From assembly GCA_903928345.1 (NCBI GenBank), contig CAIYQO010000198.1, positions 4,325-68,324 on the forward strand: a stretch of 64,000 bases of DNA, read 5' to 3'. Below are positions 9,298 through 17,896 of this stretch, one piece after another. Position numbers and translations under genes: made by a program. The notes beneath the pieces are model-generated. The model did not search any database, had not been told where the DNA came from, and worked only from the letters and a program-made list of their open reading frames with translations. The DNA comes from an uncultured bacterium (GTDB lineage Bacteria; Armatimonadota; Hebobacteria; CAIYQO01). The stretch's first letter is position 1, and each line of letters begins with the position of its first letter.

Positions 9298-9358
9298 GCT
9301 CCCTTCCCCTCGGGGGGAAGGGCGGGGGATGAGGGCCGCGCCGTGAGGCGCGGAGCGC
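9298..9358. repeat. F-family GC-rich hairpin unit, single copy
   Basis: GCTCCCTTCCCCTCGGGGGGAAGGGCGGGGGATGAGGGCCGCGCCGTGAGGCGCGGAGCGC is about 90 percent identical (by eye) to the reverse complement of 43174..43231. Confidence 0.8.
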
Positions 9359-11934
9359 TAGAGTGCACCGCATCGGAGATAGCCGCCAATATCGGCAAAG
9401 TCCACCGCCCCCACCGCCGCGCCTTCCGCCGGGCGCAGACATACCGGCACGCCCGGCAGCAGGTCGAACCAGTTGTCGGAGAGCAGCGCGCGCCCATGGT
9501 CGTCCACGTGCACGGCGTGGCGGTAGGCCGCGCAGGCGACCCGCAACCCGTCCGCCTGCGCGGTAACGACCAGCGGCGCGTTGACGCCGGCCAGCTCGCG
9601 GTACGGGGCGAAGGTGAGCAGCGACTGATCCACCGGCGCGCCGTCCTCGCGTAGCACGGCGGCGAAGAGCCACTCCCGCGGGTCGCGCGCGGGCGCCAGC
9701 GGCGCCGTGTCGAGGGTATACGCGCCGTTCGCTGCCACCGCTACCGGCAGCGTGCGCACTTCGCGTGCCGTGCCGTCCATGCGCCACCAGCCGACTTCCG
9801 CGGTGGTGGATATCGCTTCCCGCGTATCGTTCACCACCCGTGTCACCAGCATCTCCCCCCGCTGCCGTACGATGATCTTCACCGGTCGGCACGCGCGGCG
9901 GAAGGCATAGTAGCTCGCCTTGCGCCGCAGGTAATAGTCGAGAATCGACCACCCCGTCTCGCCCCAGCAGTCGGAATACGACCAGATCAGCGCTCCCTGG
10001 CAGTCATCCGCCGCATCACCCTTGCGGAAGCGTAACGCCTCCATGGCATTGCCGTGGATGAGCGCCTGAAAGGCCTGCCCGTAGCGCAGATAGTCGGGCA
10101 CGGAGAGGTTTTCGGGGTCGGCGTAATGCCGGCGAATCGCCGCCGGCACCGTCTCCTGCTCAAAGGTATTGGTGTGGATGCGCCACGCACGGCTCTCCGG
10201 CTGCAACTCCTCCGGCGCCAGGTATTCCCGCAGCGAGTCGAGGTGACAGGGGCCGATGACCCCGTATTCGCTCACGAAGCGCGCCCGGCATTCGTCGAAC
10301 GTCTCGTGGCGGATGCGGCGGTTCATCTCCGTGCTCATGAAGAAGGGATGCCACCAGTGGCAGTCGCCGGCGAGTTCGCTGTTCGGCTCCTCACCTCCGG
10401 AGGGGCTGCTCACCCAGTACGGCCGGTGGGGGTCCAACACGCGGCACAAGTCGGGGATGACGCGGTTGTACAGGTGCTGCCCACCCAGGTCGAGGGGTTG
10501 CGTCTTGTCCGGGTTCCACCAGTCGCGGAAGCCCCACGTGCACTCGTTGTTGCCGCACCATAACGCGATGGACGGGTGGTGGCGCAACGCGGGCACAATC
10601 GCCCGCACCTCCGCCTCCACCGCGGCGGTGATCGCGTCAGGGTAGGTGGTGCAGGTAAGCATGAAGTCGTGCCAAACCAGGATGCCGTGGCGGTCGCAGG
10701 CGTCGTAAAAGGCGGGCGCCTCATAGATCGAGCAGCCGTTGATGCGCAGCATATTCATCTGCGCGTGCGCCGCCTCCGCCACCAGGGCTTCCTGCTTGGC
10801 GTCGGAGATGCGCGCCGGGATCATGTCGTGCGGGCCGATGTTGCCGCCGCGGCAGAAGACGTCCTCCCCGTTCACGCGGATACAGAAGCGGCTGCCTTCG
10901 GCGAGTGGCGCGCGGTCGATCTCCACGGTGCGCAAGCCGATGTGGAACGCCCGCGCGTCGCAGACGGTGCCGTCGGCAGCGTAGACTTCGGCGACCACGC
11001 GGTAGAGCGGTTGCGCGCCCATGCCGTTCGGCCACCAAAGCTGCGCGTCGGGCACGACGATGCCGTCGCGCACCGCCGTGTGCCCGGGCATGGCGTCCAG
11101 CGGGTAGCGCCGGGTGAGCGCCGGGCCGCCATCGGGCGGGGAGATCGCCACGTGCAGCGTGCAGCGGCGCTCCGCCCACGGGTGCAGGTTGTCCACCACC
11201 GCGTCCAATGCCAGCGTCACCTGGCCGTCGTGCAGGCGCGTGTCGAGCCGGATATCCGCCAGTACCGCGTGGCTGCGGCCCTCGATATGCACGCCGCGCC
11301 AGATGCCGATGTTGGGCAGGGCATCCACCCAGTCCCACCCGTAGCTGAACTGCGCCTTACGCAGCCACTTCTTCCCCGGCCAGATGCGATGGCCGTACAA
11401 ATCCTCCTCGCCCGCCGGGTTGGGGATCGCACCCTCCGCCGCACGCGAGGGCATGGGCGCCTGTCCCTGCCCGGGCGGCGTCTCGTCCCGCGCCAGCTCA
11501 CTCCCCGCGGTCAGGCGCACCACCAGCTCATTTTCCCCCGCGTGCAGCAGCGCTTTGAGGTCGAACACCGCCGGCACCAGGGCGTTAGCCGCTTCGCCGG
11601 CCAGGATGCCGTTCACGAACACCTGGGCGAAAAGGTCCAGCCCGTCGCAGACCAGTTCCACCCGCTCGTGCCCGAGTAGCGCGTCGGACGCGTCGAAGCG
11701 CGAGCGGAACCACCAGGATTGCGTCTCCGGCCACCGGCATTCCGGCGCCGGCACGCCCACCGACGGCTCCGGCATCCGCCCCGCGCGGATCAGGTCCAGG
11801 TGCACCTCGCCCGGCACCTGCGCGGGCAGCCAGCCGTCCGCCGATGCCGCGACCACGGCATACCCCGCCGTGTCACGGCACGTCAGCGGTTGCGACAGCA
11901 CCTCCCAGGCGCCGTCGAGAGAAAAAGTCAGCAT
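9358..11934 (-). CDS. Glycoside hydrolase family 2, beta-mannosidase-like
   Basis: Track ORF 9358..11976. I moved the start to ATG 11934 (GAGG 7 nt upstream). NMLRINGCSIYE, ILVWHDFMLTC, WCGNNECTW and VSEYGVIGP are typical of GH2 mannosidase/glucosaminidase. Confidence 0.8.
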   Translation of the reverse strand: MLTFSLDGAWEVLSQPLTCRDTAGYAVVAASADGWLPAQVPGEVHLDLIRAGRMPEPSVGVPAPECRWPETQSWWFRSRFDASDALLGHERVELVCDGLDLFAQVFVNGILAGEAANALVPAVFDLKALLHAGENELVVRLTAGSELARDETPPGQGQAPMPSRAAEGAIPNPAGEEDLYGHRIWPGKKWLRKAQFSYGWDWVDALPNIGIWRGVHIEGRSHAVLADIRLDTRLHDGQVTLALDAVVDNLHPWAERRCTLHVAISPPDGGPALTRRYPLDAMPGHTAVRDGIVVPDAQLWWPNGMGAQPLYRVVAEVYAADGTVCDARAFHIGLRTVEIDRAPLAEGSRFCIRVNGEDVFCRGGNIGPHDMIPARISDAKQEALVAEAAHAQMNMLRINGCSIYEAPAFYDACDRHGILVWHDFMLTCTTYPDAITAAVEAEVRAIVPALRHHPSIALWCGNNECTWGFRDWWNPDKTQPLDLGGQHLYNRVIPDLCRVLDPHRPYWVSSPSGGEEPNSELAGDCHWWHPFFMSTEMNRRIRHETFDECRARFVSEYGVIGPCHLDSLREYLAPEELQPESRAWRIHTNTFEQETVPAAIRRHYADPENLSVPDYLRYGQAFQALIHGNAMEALRFRKGDAADDCQGALIWSYSDCWGETGWSILDYYLRRKASYYAFRRACRPVKIIVRQRGEMLVTRVVNDTREAISTTAEVGWWRMDGTAREVRTLPVAVAANGAYTLDTAPLAPARDPREWLFAAVLREDGAPVDQSLLTFAPYRELAGVNAPLVVTAQADGLRVACAAYRHAVHVDDHGRALLSDNWFDLLPGVPVCLRPAEGAAVGAVDFADIGGYLRCGAL

Positions 11935-12090
11935 GGGCATACCTCGCAGGGGGAGTTCTGCGGCGCACCATATCACCGTGCGTACCCGTTGTCAATGGGC
12001 GAACCGTATATTTCTAAGAGCGCAATTGCACGTATACACAGGAAATACTATTGCTGTCGCGAATTAGCGAAAGGTAAGGGAGGGTTTGAC

Positions 12091-12168
12091 ATGCAGGCAA
12101 CCTTACGCTCCATCGCGTTCCTGCTCGCCGCGCTGCTGATGGGTTATCTCGGCAGCCTCTTGGGCTAG
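12091..12168 (+). other. 25-codon signal-anchor mini-ORF ending in TAG, in frame with the next gene
   Basis: GGGAGGG RBS, then ATG 12091, encoding MQATLRSIAFLLAALLMGYLGSLLG, with TAG at 12166-12168. It is in the same frame as 12223..13089, and there is no further stop in the 54 nt between them. Confidence 0.6.
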
Positions 12169-12222
12169 GGCACTCGCACGGCGCTGGCGCAGACGAAGGG
12201 CCGGTCGGCGGCGATCCCCGAT

Positions 12223-13089
12223 GTGGTGCGCGCGCACAAGTTCTCCCTGGTGGACGGCGACGGTAACGGGCGCGCGACGTTGCTGATGACGGCGACCGGC
12301 CCGGCGCTGAATCTTATGGATACGGAGGGACGAAAACGCTGCGTTTGCCAGGTGACGGACCGCGGGCCGTCGCTGGTCTTTTTCAACAAAGCCGGGAAGA
12401 AATGCACTGAGTTCTCGCAGGATGACGACGAATGGGGCCTTTATTTCAACGATGACGAGGGCCGCGCCTGCGGCAAAATGTCGATGACAACGGACGGCCT
12501 CGTGTGGTACCTGGGCAATTCGCGCCAGGTCTTCGAGGAATTCACGGTGAAGGACAACGTGCCGACGATCTCACTCTCTGACAAGTTGGGGGATGCGCGC
12601 ACCGTGATGACAGTTGCCGACGACGGCACCCCCAGTCTGTCGCTGCTCGACGGGGCGGGGACGCACCGCGTCACGCTGGCCAATCCCACCGAGGGCCCAT
12701 TCGTCAGCCTGTCCGATACCGTGGGCAAGACGCGCGGCGCCTTCACCGTCTCCGAAGACGGCAACCCCGGGTTGGTGCTCACCGACGCCACCGGCAAGGG
12801 ATGCAGCACGATGATGGTCGATGGCGACGGCAATCCCGGTTTGCACCTCACCGACAGTCATGGCAAGCAGCGCTGCCAACTCTCTGTCACCGGCGACGGC
12901 GCCGGCCTGCTGCTCAACGATAAAGCCGCCACGCGACGCGCCACGCTTTTTGTGGACAAGGACGACATGCCCGGCCTCTTCCTTTCCGACGCCGCCGGCA
13001 CCATCCGCGGCGGCTTCGGCGTCGCGGCGGACGGCCCGCTGATCGGCTTGAGCAATGCGGACGGGAAGACGATCTGGCGCGCACCGTAA
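12223..13089 (+). CDS. Tandem ~20-residue repeat protein (beta-rich, DG.P.L.L.D..GK.R units)
   Basis: Track ORF with a GTG start. About 12 degenerate repeats, for example DDGTPSLSLLDGAGTHRVTL, EDGNPGLVLTDATGKGCSTM and GDGNPGLHLTDSHGKQRCQL. It has no signal peptide of its own. Confidence 0.6.
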   Translation: MVRAHKFSLVDGDGNGRATLLMTATGPALNLMDTEGRKRCVCQVTDRGPSLVFFNKAGKKCTEFSQDDDEWGLYFNDDEGRACGKMSMTTDGLVWYLGNSRQVFEEFTVKDNVPTISLSDKLGDARTVMTVADDGTPSLSLLDGAGTHRVTLANPTEGPFVSLSDTVGKTRGAFTVSEDGNPGLVLTDATGKGCSTMMVDGDGNPGLHLTDSHGKQRCQLSVTGDGAGLLLNDKAATRRATLFVDKDDMPGLFLSDAAGTIRGGFGVAADGPLIGLSNADGKTIWRAP

Positions 13090-13128
13090 CGGGAAGCGCG
13101 CACTTTTTTCCAAATACAGGAGAACACC

Positions 13129-14073
13129 ATGCGCACCGGCGTCACCTACATGGGTCATCACAACCCCGTGCACCTGCGCACCGACCTGGCGGCGATCGCC
13201 GCGCTGGGGTGCGACGACGTGCTGCTGGCGGCGCAGGAGAACGACTTCATCTACTTCACCGGCAAGGTCGATTTCACCCCGCGCCTCGCCGTCGAGGCCG
13301 GGCTGCGCCCCATCGCCATCTTCTGGGGCGCGCTCAACTGCTTCGGCGGGGGGCGCTCCAGCCAGTTTCTGCTCCAGCATCCGGAAGGATTCCAGGTGAA
13401 GGCGGACGGCGCGCACCACGCGGAAGGCTGCTATGTGAACCCGCTCTGCGTGCGGCGCATCGAGGAGATGATCGACGTCATCGCCGGCCGCGGCTACCGG
13501 GGGTACTTCATCGACGAGCCCACGCCGCTCGACTGTTACTGCCCGTCCTGCCGCGCCCGCTTTGCCGACACGGTGGGCGGGGAGCTGGCCGATGCCGACG
13601 CCGACGCGAAACGCGCCTTCCGCGCCGCGTGCGTCACCGACTACGTGACCGCCATCGCCGCCTACTGCAAGGCGCACTACCCGCACCTGGAAACCTCCTG
13701 CTGCGTGATGCCCCACGACCACGCGCTGTGGGAATCCGTCGCCGCCGTGCCGGGGCTGGACAACCTGGGCACCGACATCTACTGGGTGAACGAGACGCGC
13801 GACGTGGAGGAGATGACCCCCATCGTGCGCGCGCTGGCCGACACCTGCCGCACCCACGGCAAGCTGCACCACGAATGGCTGCAGGCGTGGACGGTCGCCG
13901 CCGGCAACGAGCCGCGCATCACCGCGCAGGGGGAGATCCTCCTGCGCGAGCAACCCGACGCCCTCTACGTATGGGCGTACCTGGGCCAAATCGGCACCAC
14001 GGAAAGCTGCGCCGATCCGCTGCTGGCCTGGCACCACGCCACCGACGTGCTGCGGCGAGCGAAGGAACTGTGA
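13129..14073 (+). CDS. Short TIM-barrel-like protein with a GH42-type CxCxxC motif (hypothetical)
   Basis: CAGGAGA RBS. FIDEPTPLDCYCPSCRARF resembles the Cys cluster of GH42 beta-galactosidases. At 314 aa it is much shorter than GH42 enzymes. Confidence 0.5.
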   Translation: MRTGVTYMGHHNPVHLRTDLAAIAALGCDDVLLAAQENDFIYFTGKVDFTPRLAVEAGLRPIAIFWGALNCFGGGRSSQFLLQHPEGFQVKADGAHHAEGCYVNPLCVRRIEEMIDVIAGRGYRGYFIDEPTPLDCYCPSCRARFADTVGGELADADADAKRAFRAACVTDYVTAIAAYCKAHYPHLETSCCVMPHDHALWESVAAVPGLDNLGTDIYWVNETRDVEEMTPIVRALADTCRTHGKLHHEWLQAWTVAAGNEPRITAQGEILLREQPDALYVWAYLGQIGTTESCADPLLAWHHATDVLRRAKEL

Positions 14074-14110
14074 TCGATCTGACCCGAACTCATACGCGTC
14101 AATTGATACT

Positions 14111-14175
14111 AACCGTTCGCCTGTTTTCCGACCCGACGATAAATCGTCAGGTCGAAAACAGACCAGCGTTCACGG
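14111..14175. repeat. P-family palindromic element, copy 2
   Basis: AACCGTTCGCCTGTTTTCCGACCCGACGATAAATCGTCAGGTCGAAAACAGACCAGCGTTCACGG. The two arms are near-perfect complements. Confidence 0.85.
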
Positions 14176-14234
14176 ATAGTTAATACCTATGTCCCCCACC
14201 GGAAGGCGCGGAACGGGAATTTGAAAGGGCTGAC

Positions 14235-16103
14235 ATGACCGCACCAATCACCATGCCCGGCGGCGACACCTTCGCCCTCTGGGACGATACCACCGTCTAC
14301 ACCCGCGTCTATCACGTGGCGTGTGCCCATCCGCACGCGTCGGACGCGAACCCCGGCACTGCGGCGCGGCCCTTCCTGACCATCTCCCGCGCGGCGGAGC
14401 TGCTGCAGCCGGGGGAGAAGGTCGTCGTGCACGCGGGGGTGTACCGCGAATGCGTGCGCCCGGCGCGCGGCGGGGAGAGCGCGGCGCGGATGATCGCCTA
14501 CGAGGCCGCGCCGGGCGAAGCGGTGCACGTGCGCGGCTCGCGCGTGTGGCAGCCCGACGTGCAGCCCAGCGCCGACGCCGGCCTGCGCGTGGCGGACGCC
14601 CCGTTGCCGCCCGGCGTGGAGAGCGAAACCGGCACACCCGTCGCTGACGTGCCGGTCTGGATGGCGGCGCTGCCCGCGGCGTGGTTCGTCGGCTACAACC
14701 CCTTCCTCGCGGCGAACGTCTTTCGAGAGAAGATCGTCTACGGCCACAAATGGACGCGCGAGGAGGAACAGACCTTCTACCAAAAACGCGGCATGGTCTT
14801 CTACCGCGACGCCCCGCTGCAACAGGTCTACTTCGCGCGCGACCTGCTGACGCGGGACGGGGCGTTCTGGGTCGATGAGGACGGCCTGCACCTGCACTTC
14901 CGCCTGCCCGGCGACGCCGCTCCGCACGGCGAAACGCTGGAAGTGACGGTGCAGGAGCAGGTCTTCGCGCCCGCCGTGCTGCACCTGGGCTATCTCCGCG
15001 TCTCTGGCTTCCACTTCGCCCACGCTGCCGACGGCATCCCCGTGCCTCAGCATGGGCTGGTCAGCGCCTCGCGTGGGCACCACTGGATCATCGAGGACTG
15101 CGCCATCCGCTGGGCGAACGCCGTCGGGATGGACCTGGGCGCGCAGGATTGGAAGCACGGGCGCTACACCCCCAACGGCCACCACATCATCCGCCGCAAC
15201 AGCGTAGCCGATTGCGGCATTAGCGGCATCGGCGGCGTGGGGAGCGTCGACGAGACGCTGGTGGAGGACAACCTGATCGAGCGCATCGGCGGGCTGAACG
15301 TCGAGCGCTGCTTCGAATGCGCCGGGTTGAAGTTCCACCTCGCGCGCGGGGTGCTCTTCCGCCGCAACATCTTCCGCCACCTCAGCGCCGCCGCCGGCCT
15401 CTGGCTCGACTACGCCAACCGGCACTGCCGCATCACCGAGAACCTGTTCTACAACATCGCCACCGCCGCCGGCGCCGTCTACATCGAGGTCAGCCACGAG
15501 GAGAACTGGGTCGATCACAACGTCATCTGGGATATCCGCGACGTGCCCGACCCGCGCTACCGCGCCACCGAGCTGGCGCACCGGGGCATCGGGTGCAACA
15601 TCGACACCGGCGAGCAAGCGCTAGTGGCGTTCAACCTCTTCGGCTGCATCCCCGACTACGCCGCCGTCGATTGCGCGCAGGCGCAGCACGACCGGCTGGT
15701 CAATGGCCGCACGGGCCTCTGCCGCGGGCACCGGGTGTACAACAACATCTTCTACCGCTGCCCCGAGCGCATACACCTGGCGCAAGCGGAGGACAACGCC
15801 TGCGACGGCAACCTGTACGACCCGCGCGATACGGCCGCCTCGTTCCGCCTCGACTTCCCCGCTCCCGAAAAGCGCCTGACCCTCGACGCCTGGCAGATGT
15901 ACTACGCCTTCGACCGCGACGGCGCCGAACTGCCCCTCACCGTCGCCTTCGACCCAGCGACGCTGACCCTCACCGTCCACCTCGACGCCCCGCCGCCCGC
16001 CCACCCCGTCGCCGGGTTTGCGGAAAGCACGCCCGGCCCCATCCGCCCCGAAGCATGGACGGAAACCGATGCGGAGATGGTGCTGCGGGTGGCGCACGAC
16101 TGA
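14235..16103 (+). CDS. Right-handed parallel beta-helix repeat protein (pectin-lyase fold)
   Basis: N-terminal PFLTISRAAELLQPGEKVVVHAGVYRE, followed by repeated hydrophobic-Gly/Asn beta-helix turns. Confidence 0.6.
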   Translation: MTAPITMPGGDTFALWDDTTVYTRVYHVACAHPHASDANPGTAARPFLTISRAAELLQPGEKVVVHAGVYRECVRPARGGESAARMIAYEAAPGEAVHVRGSRVWQPDVQPSADAGLRVADAPLPPGVESETGTPVADVPVWMAALPAAWFVGYNPFLAANVFREKIVYGHKWTREEEQTFYQKRGMVFYRDAPLQQVYFARDLLTRDGAFWVDEDGLHLHFRLPGDAAPHGETLEVTVQEQVFAPAVLHLGYLRVSGFHFAHAADGIPVPQHGLVSASRGHHWIIEDCAIRWANAVGMDLGAQDWKHGRYTPNGHHIIRRNSVADCGISGIGGVGSVDETLVEDNLIERIGGLNVERCFECAGLKFHLARGVLFRRNIFRHLSAAAGLWLDYANRHCRITENLFYNIATAAGAVYIEVSHEENWVDHNVIWDIRDVPDPRYRATELAHRGIGCNIDTGEQALVAFNLFGCIPDYAAVDCAQAQHDRLVNGRTGLCRGHRVYNNIFYRCPERIHLAQAEDNACDGNLYDPRDTAASFRLDFPAPEKRLTLDAWQMYYAFDRDGAELPLTVAFDPATLTLTVHLDAPPPAHPVAGFAESTPGPIRPEAWTETDAEMVLRVAHD

Positions 16104-16108
16104 CCCGC

Positions 16109-17884
16109 CTATTTGTCGACTACCCGTATCGTCTCCCGCTCCGAGCTGCCGCGGATATCCACCAGCGGGCGCCCCGCGGGCACCGTGTTGCCGGCAAGGG
16201 TCACGCGGCGGCTGTTCAGCACGATCACGGCGGGCGCCGTGCCCGCGTCGAAATGGTTGCCGCACACCTCCACGTCGTCGGATGAGCCCACGTGGATGGC
16301 CGCGCCGCCGTTGCCGTCGAAGGTGTTGCCCAGCAGGTGCAGGCGCTGGTGCACGCCCGCGGCGGATTGCCGGCCCCCGGGCAGGTCGGAGAAGATATCC
16401 AGCGCCGCCACGCGCCGCGCCACGCCGAAGTTGCACCGCCGGAAGGTGCAGCGCTGCACCGTCACGTCGCGCGAGCCCAGGCTCTCCCACCAGTCGGCGG
16501 CGTCAGTGCAGATGTGGATGCCCGCGCCGGAGATGTCCTCGAAGGTGCAATCCTCCACCACCACATCGCGGGTCTGCATCAACAGGCCGCGTGCGCGGTT
16601 GCCGTGCACCCGGCAGCGGCGGATGCGCACCGCGGGGGTGGTGCTGATGTTCGAGAGCACCGTGTGCTCCCCCACCGCGGCGGGCAGCGGGTCGGTGAAG
16701 GTGATAAGGGTGCGCTCCGCCTTCGTATCCTGCCGCGCGCTCGCCACGTGGAGCTGCCCCTGCGCCAGCAGCGGCTCGTCGCCGCCGCTGTATTCAAGCA
16801 CGTCGCCCGCCGCCGGGGCATCCCAGATGCCGCGCGTCTTGTCGTAGTAGGGATGCATCCGCGCGCGGCCCACCGCCAGCGTGTGGTCGTCCACGCGCGC
16901 CGTCGCCAGCCCGTACATGGCGTGGATATTGATGGCGTCGTCGCCCATGCCGGCGAATTCGCTGTCCTCCACGGTGATGGTGCCGCGGCAGCCGTTGAAA
17001 TGCATGGCGTCGGCGGTGGCGGACATCCACCCGCCGTCAGCGGGCACGACCTTCAAGCGGCGCACCGTGACATCCCGGCAGCCCATGCCGATCACCGCCA
17101 TGCCCGGCACCGCGTGCACCGTCACATCCTCCAGCAGCACGTCGCGGCAGCCGTAAAAGGTGAAGGCGTCATAGCCGTAGACCTGATGGCGCACCACCAC
17201 CTGCCAGCCCACCTCGGGCAGGGGCGTATCCTTCCGCTGGAAGACGCGCAAATACCCCTCCGGCGTGCGCTGCGTGGGGTCGGCGTCGCGCTCACCCTGC
17301 GTCTGGTACACCTCCCAGCCGTTCTCCGCCAGCCGATGCCGCGCCGGGTCGTAGGCGAGAATCCCCTGCACGATGCGCCCGGCCTGCGGGTCGGCGGGCG
17401 TTTCCGGCACGATATCGAAGGCGTGCGCCTCCGGCACCAGCCGCACCACGCGCCCTGAGGTATGTGGCAGCGGATCCCAGTCCACCGTCAGGTTGCGGAT
17501 GGTCAGCCCCCGCGCGTTGGCGAACACGAAGAGCCGCGCGGTGTCGCACCCCGCCAGCACCGCGCCGTGCCCGTCGATCGTCACGTGCTCCAGCCCGTCC
17601 GACATGATACTCGGCTCATGCGTGCGCCCATCCTTATGCACCGCGCCGCCCGCCACGCGATAGCGCCCCGGCGCAAACGCCACCACCGCCCCCGGCGTCT
17701 TCTTCGCCGCGTCCAGCGCCGCGCGAATGCCCGGCCCGGCATCGCTGCCATCCGCCTTCACCCCAAAATCCGCCACGTGAATCTCCACCGCCCATCCTCC
17801 CCCCGCAAAAACGAACGCCATCGCGCACAGCAAACCCCACCGCACAATCCATCTATTTTCCATTTTCCATTTCTCATTTTTCAC
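16109..17884 (-). CDS. Secreted pectate-lyase-superfamily beta-helix protein (GH28-related/Pectate_lyase_3-like N-terminus)
   Basis: IHVADFGVKADGSDAGPGIRAALDAAKK..AVVAFAPGRYRV matches the superfamily N-terminal motif. The signal peptide is MENRWIVRWGLLCAMAFVFAGGGWA. The track start is GTG 17884; ATG 17863 is an alternative. Confidence 0.65.
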   Translation of the reverse strand: MKNEKWKMENRWIVRWGLLCAMAFVFAGGGWAVEIHVADFGVKADGSDAGPGIRAALDAAKKTPGAVVAFAPGRYRVAGGAVHKDGRTHEPSIMSDGLEHVTIDGHGAVLAGCDTARLFVFANARGLTIRNLTVDWDPLPHTSGRVVRLVPEAHAFDIVPETPADPQAGRIVQGILAYDPARHRLAENGWEVYQTQGERDADPTQRTPEGYLRVFQRKDTPLPEVGWQVVVRHQVYGYDAFTFYGCRDVLLEDVTVHAVPGMAVIGMGCRDVTVRRLKVVPADGGWMSATADAMHFNGCRGTITVEDSEFAGMGDDAINIHAMYGLATARVDDHTLAVGRARMHPYYDKTRGIWDAPAAGDVLEYSGGDEPLLAQGQLHVASARQDTKAERTLITFTDPLPAAVGEHTVLSNISTTPAVRIRRCRVHGNRARGLLMQTRDVVVEDCTFEDISGAGIHICTDAADWWESLGSRDVTVQRCTFRRCNFGVARRVAALDIFSDLPGGRQSAAGVHQRLHLLGNTFDGNGGAAIHVGSSDDVEVCGNHFDAGTAPAVIVLNSRRVTLAGNTVPAGRPLVDIRGSSERETIRVVDK

Positions 17885-17896
17885 TTTTCATTCCCC
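17855..17896. repeat. Six tandem heptamers (ATTTTCC-type) spanning a gene junction
   Basis: ATTTTCC ATTTTCC ATTTCTC ATTTTTC ACTTTTC ATTCCCC. The array covers the stop of 17881..19023 and the start region of 16109..17884. Confidence 0.8.

Noticed and set aside
12166-12168. Pyrrolysine or other programmed recoding of the in-frame TAG
   Set aside because: No pyl genes, suppressor tRNA or downstream recoding structure is visible in the window. A nonsense mutation or a sequencing error is the simpler explanation. I kept it as a finding to verify, not as recoding.
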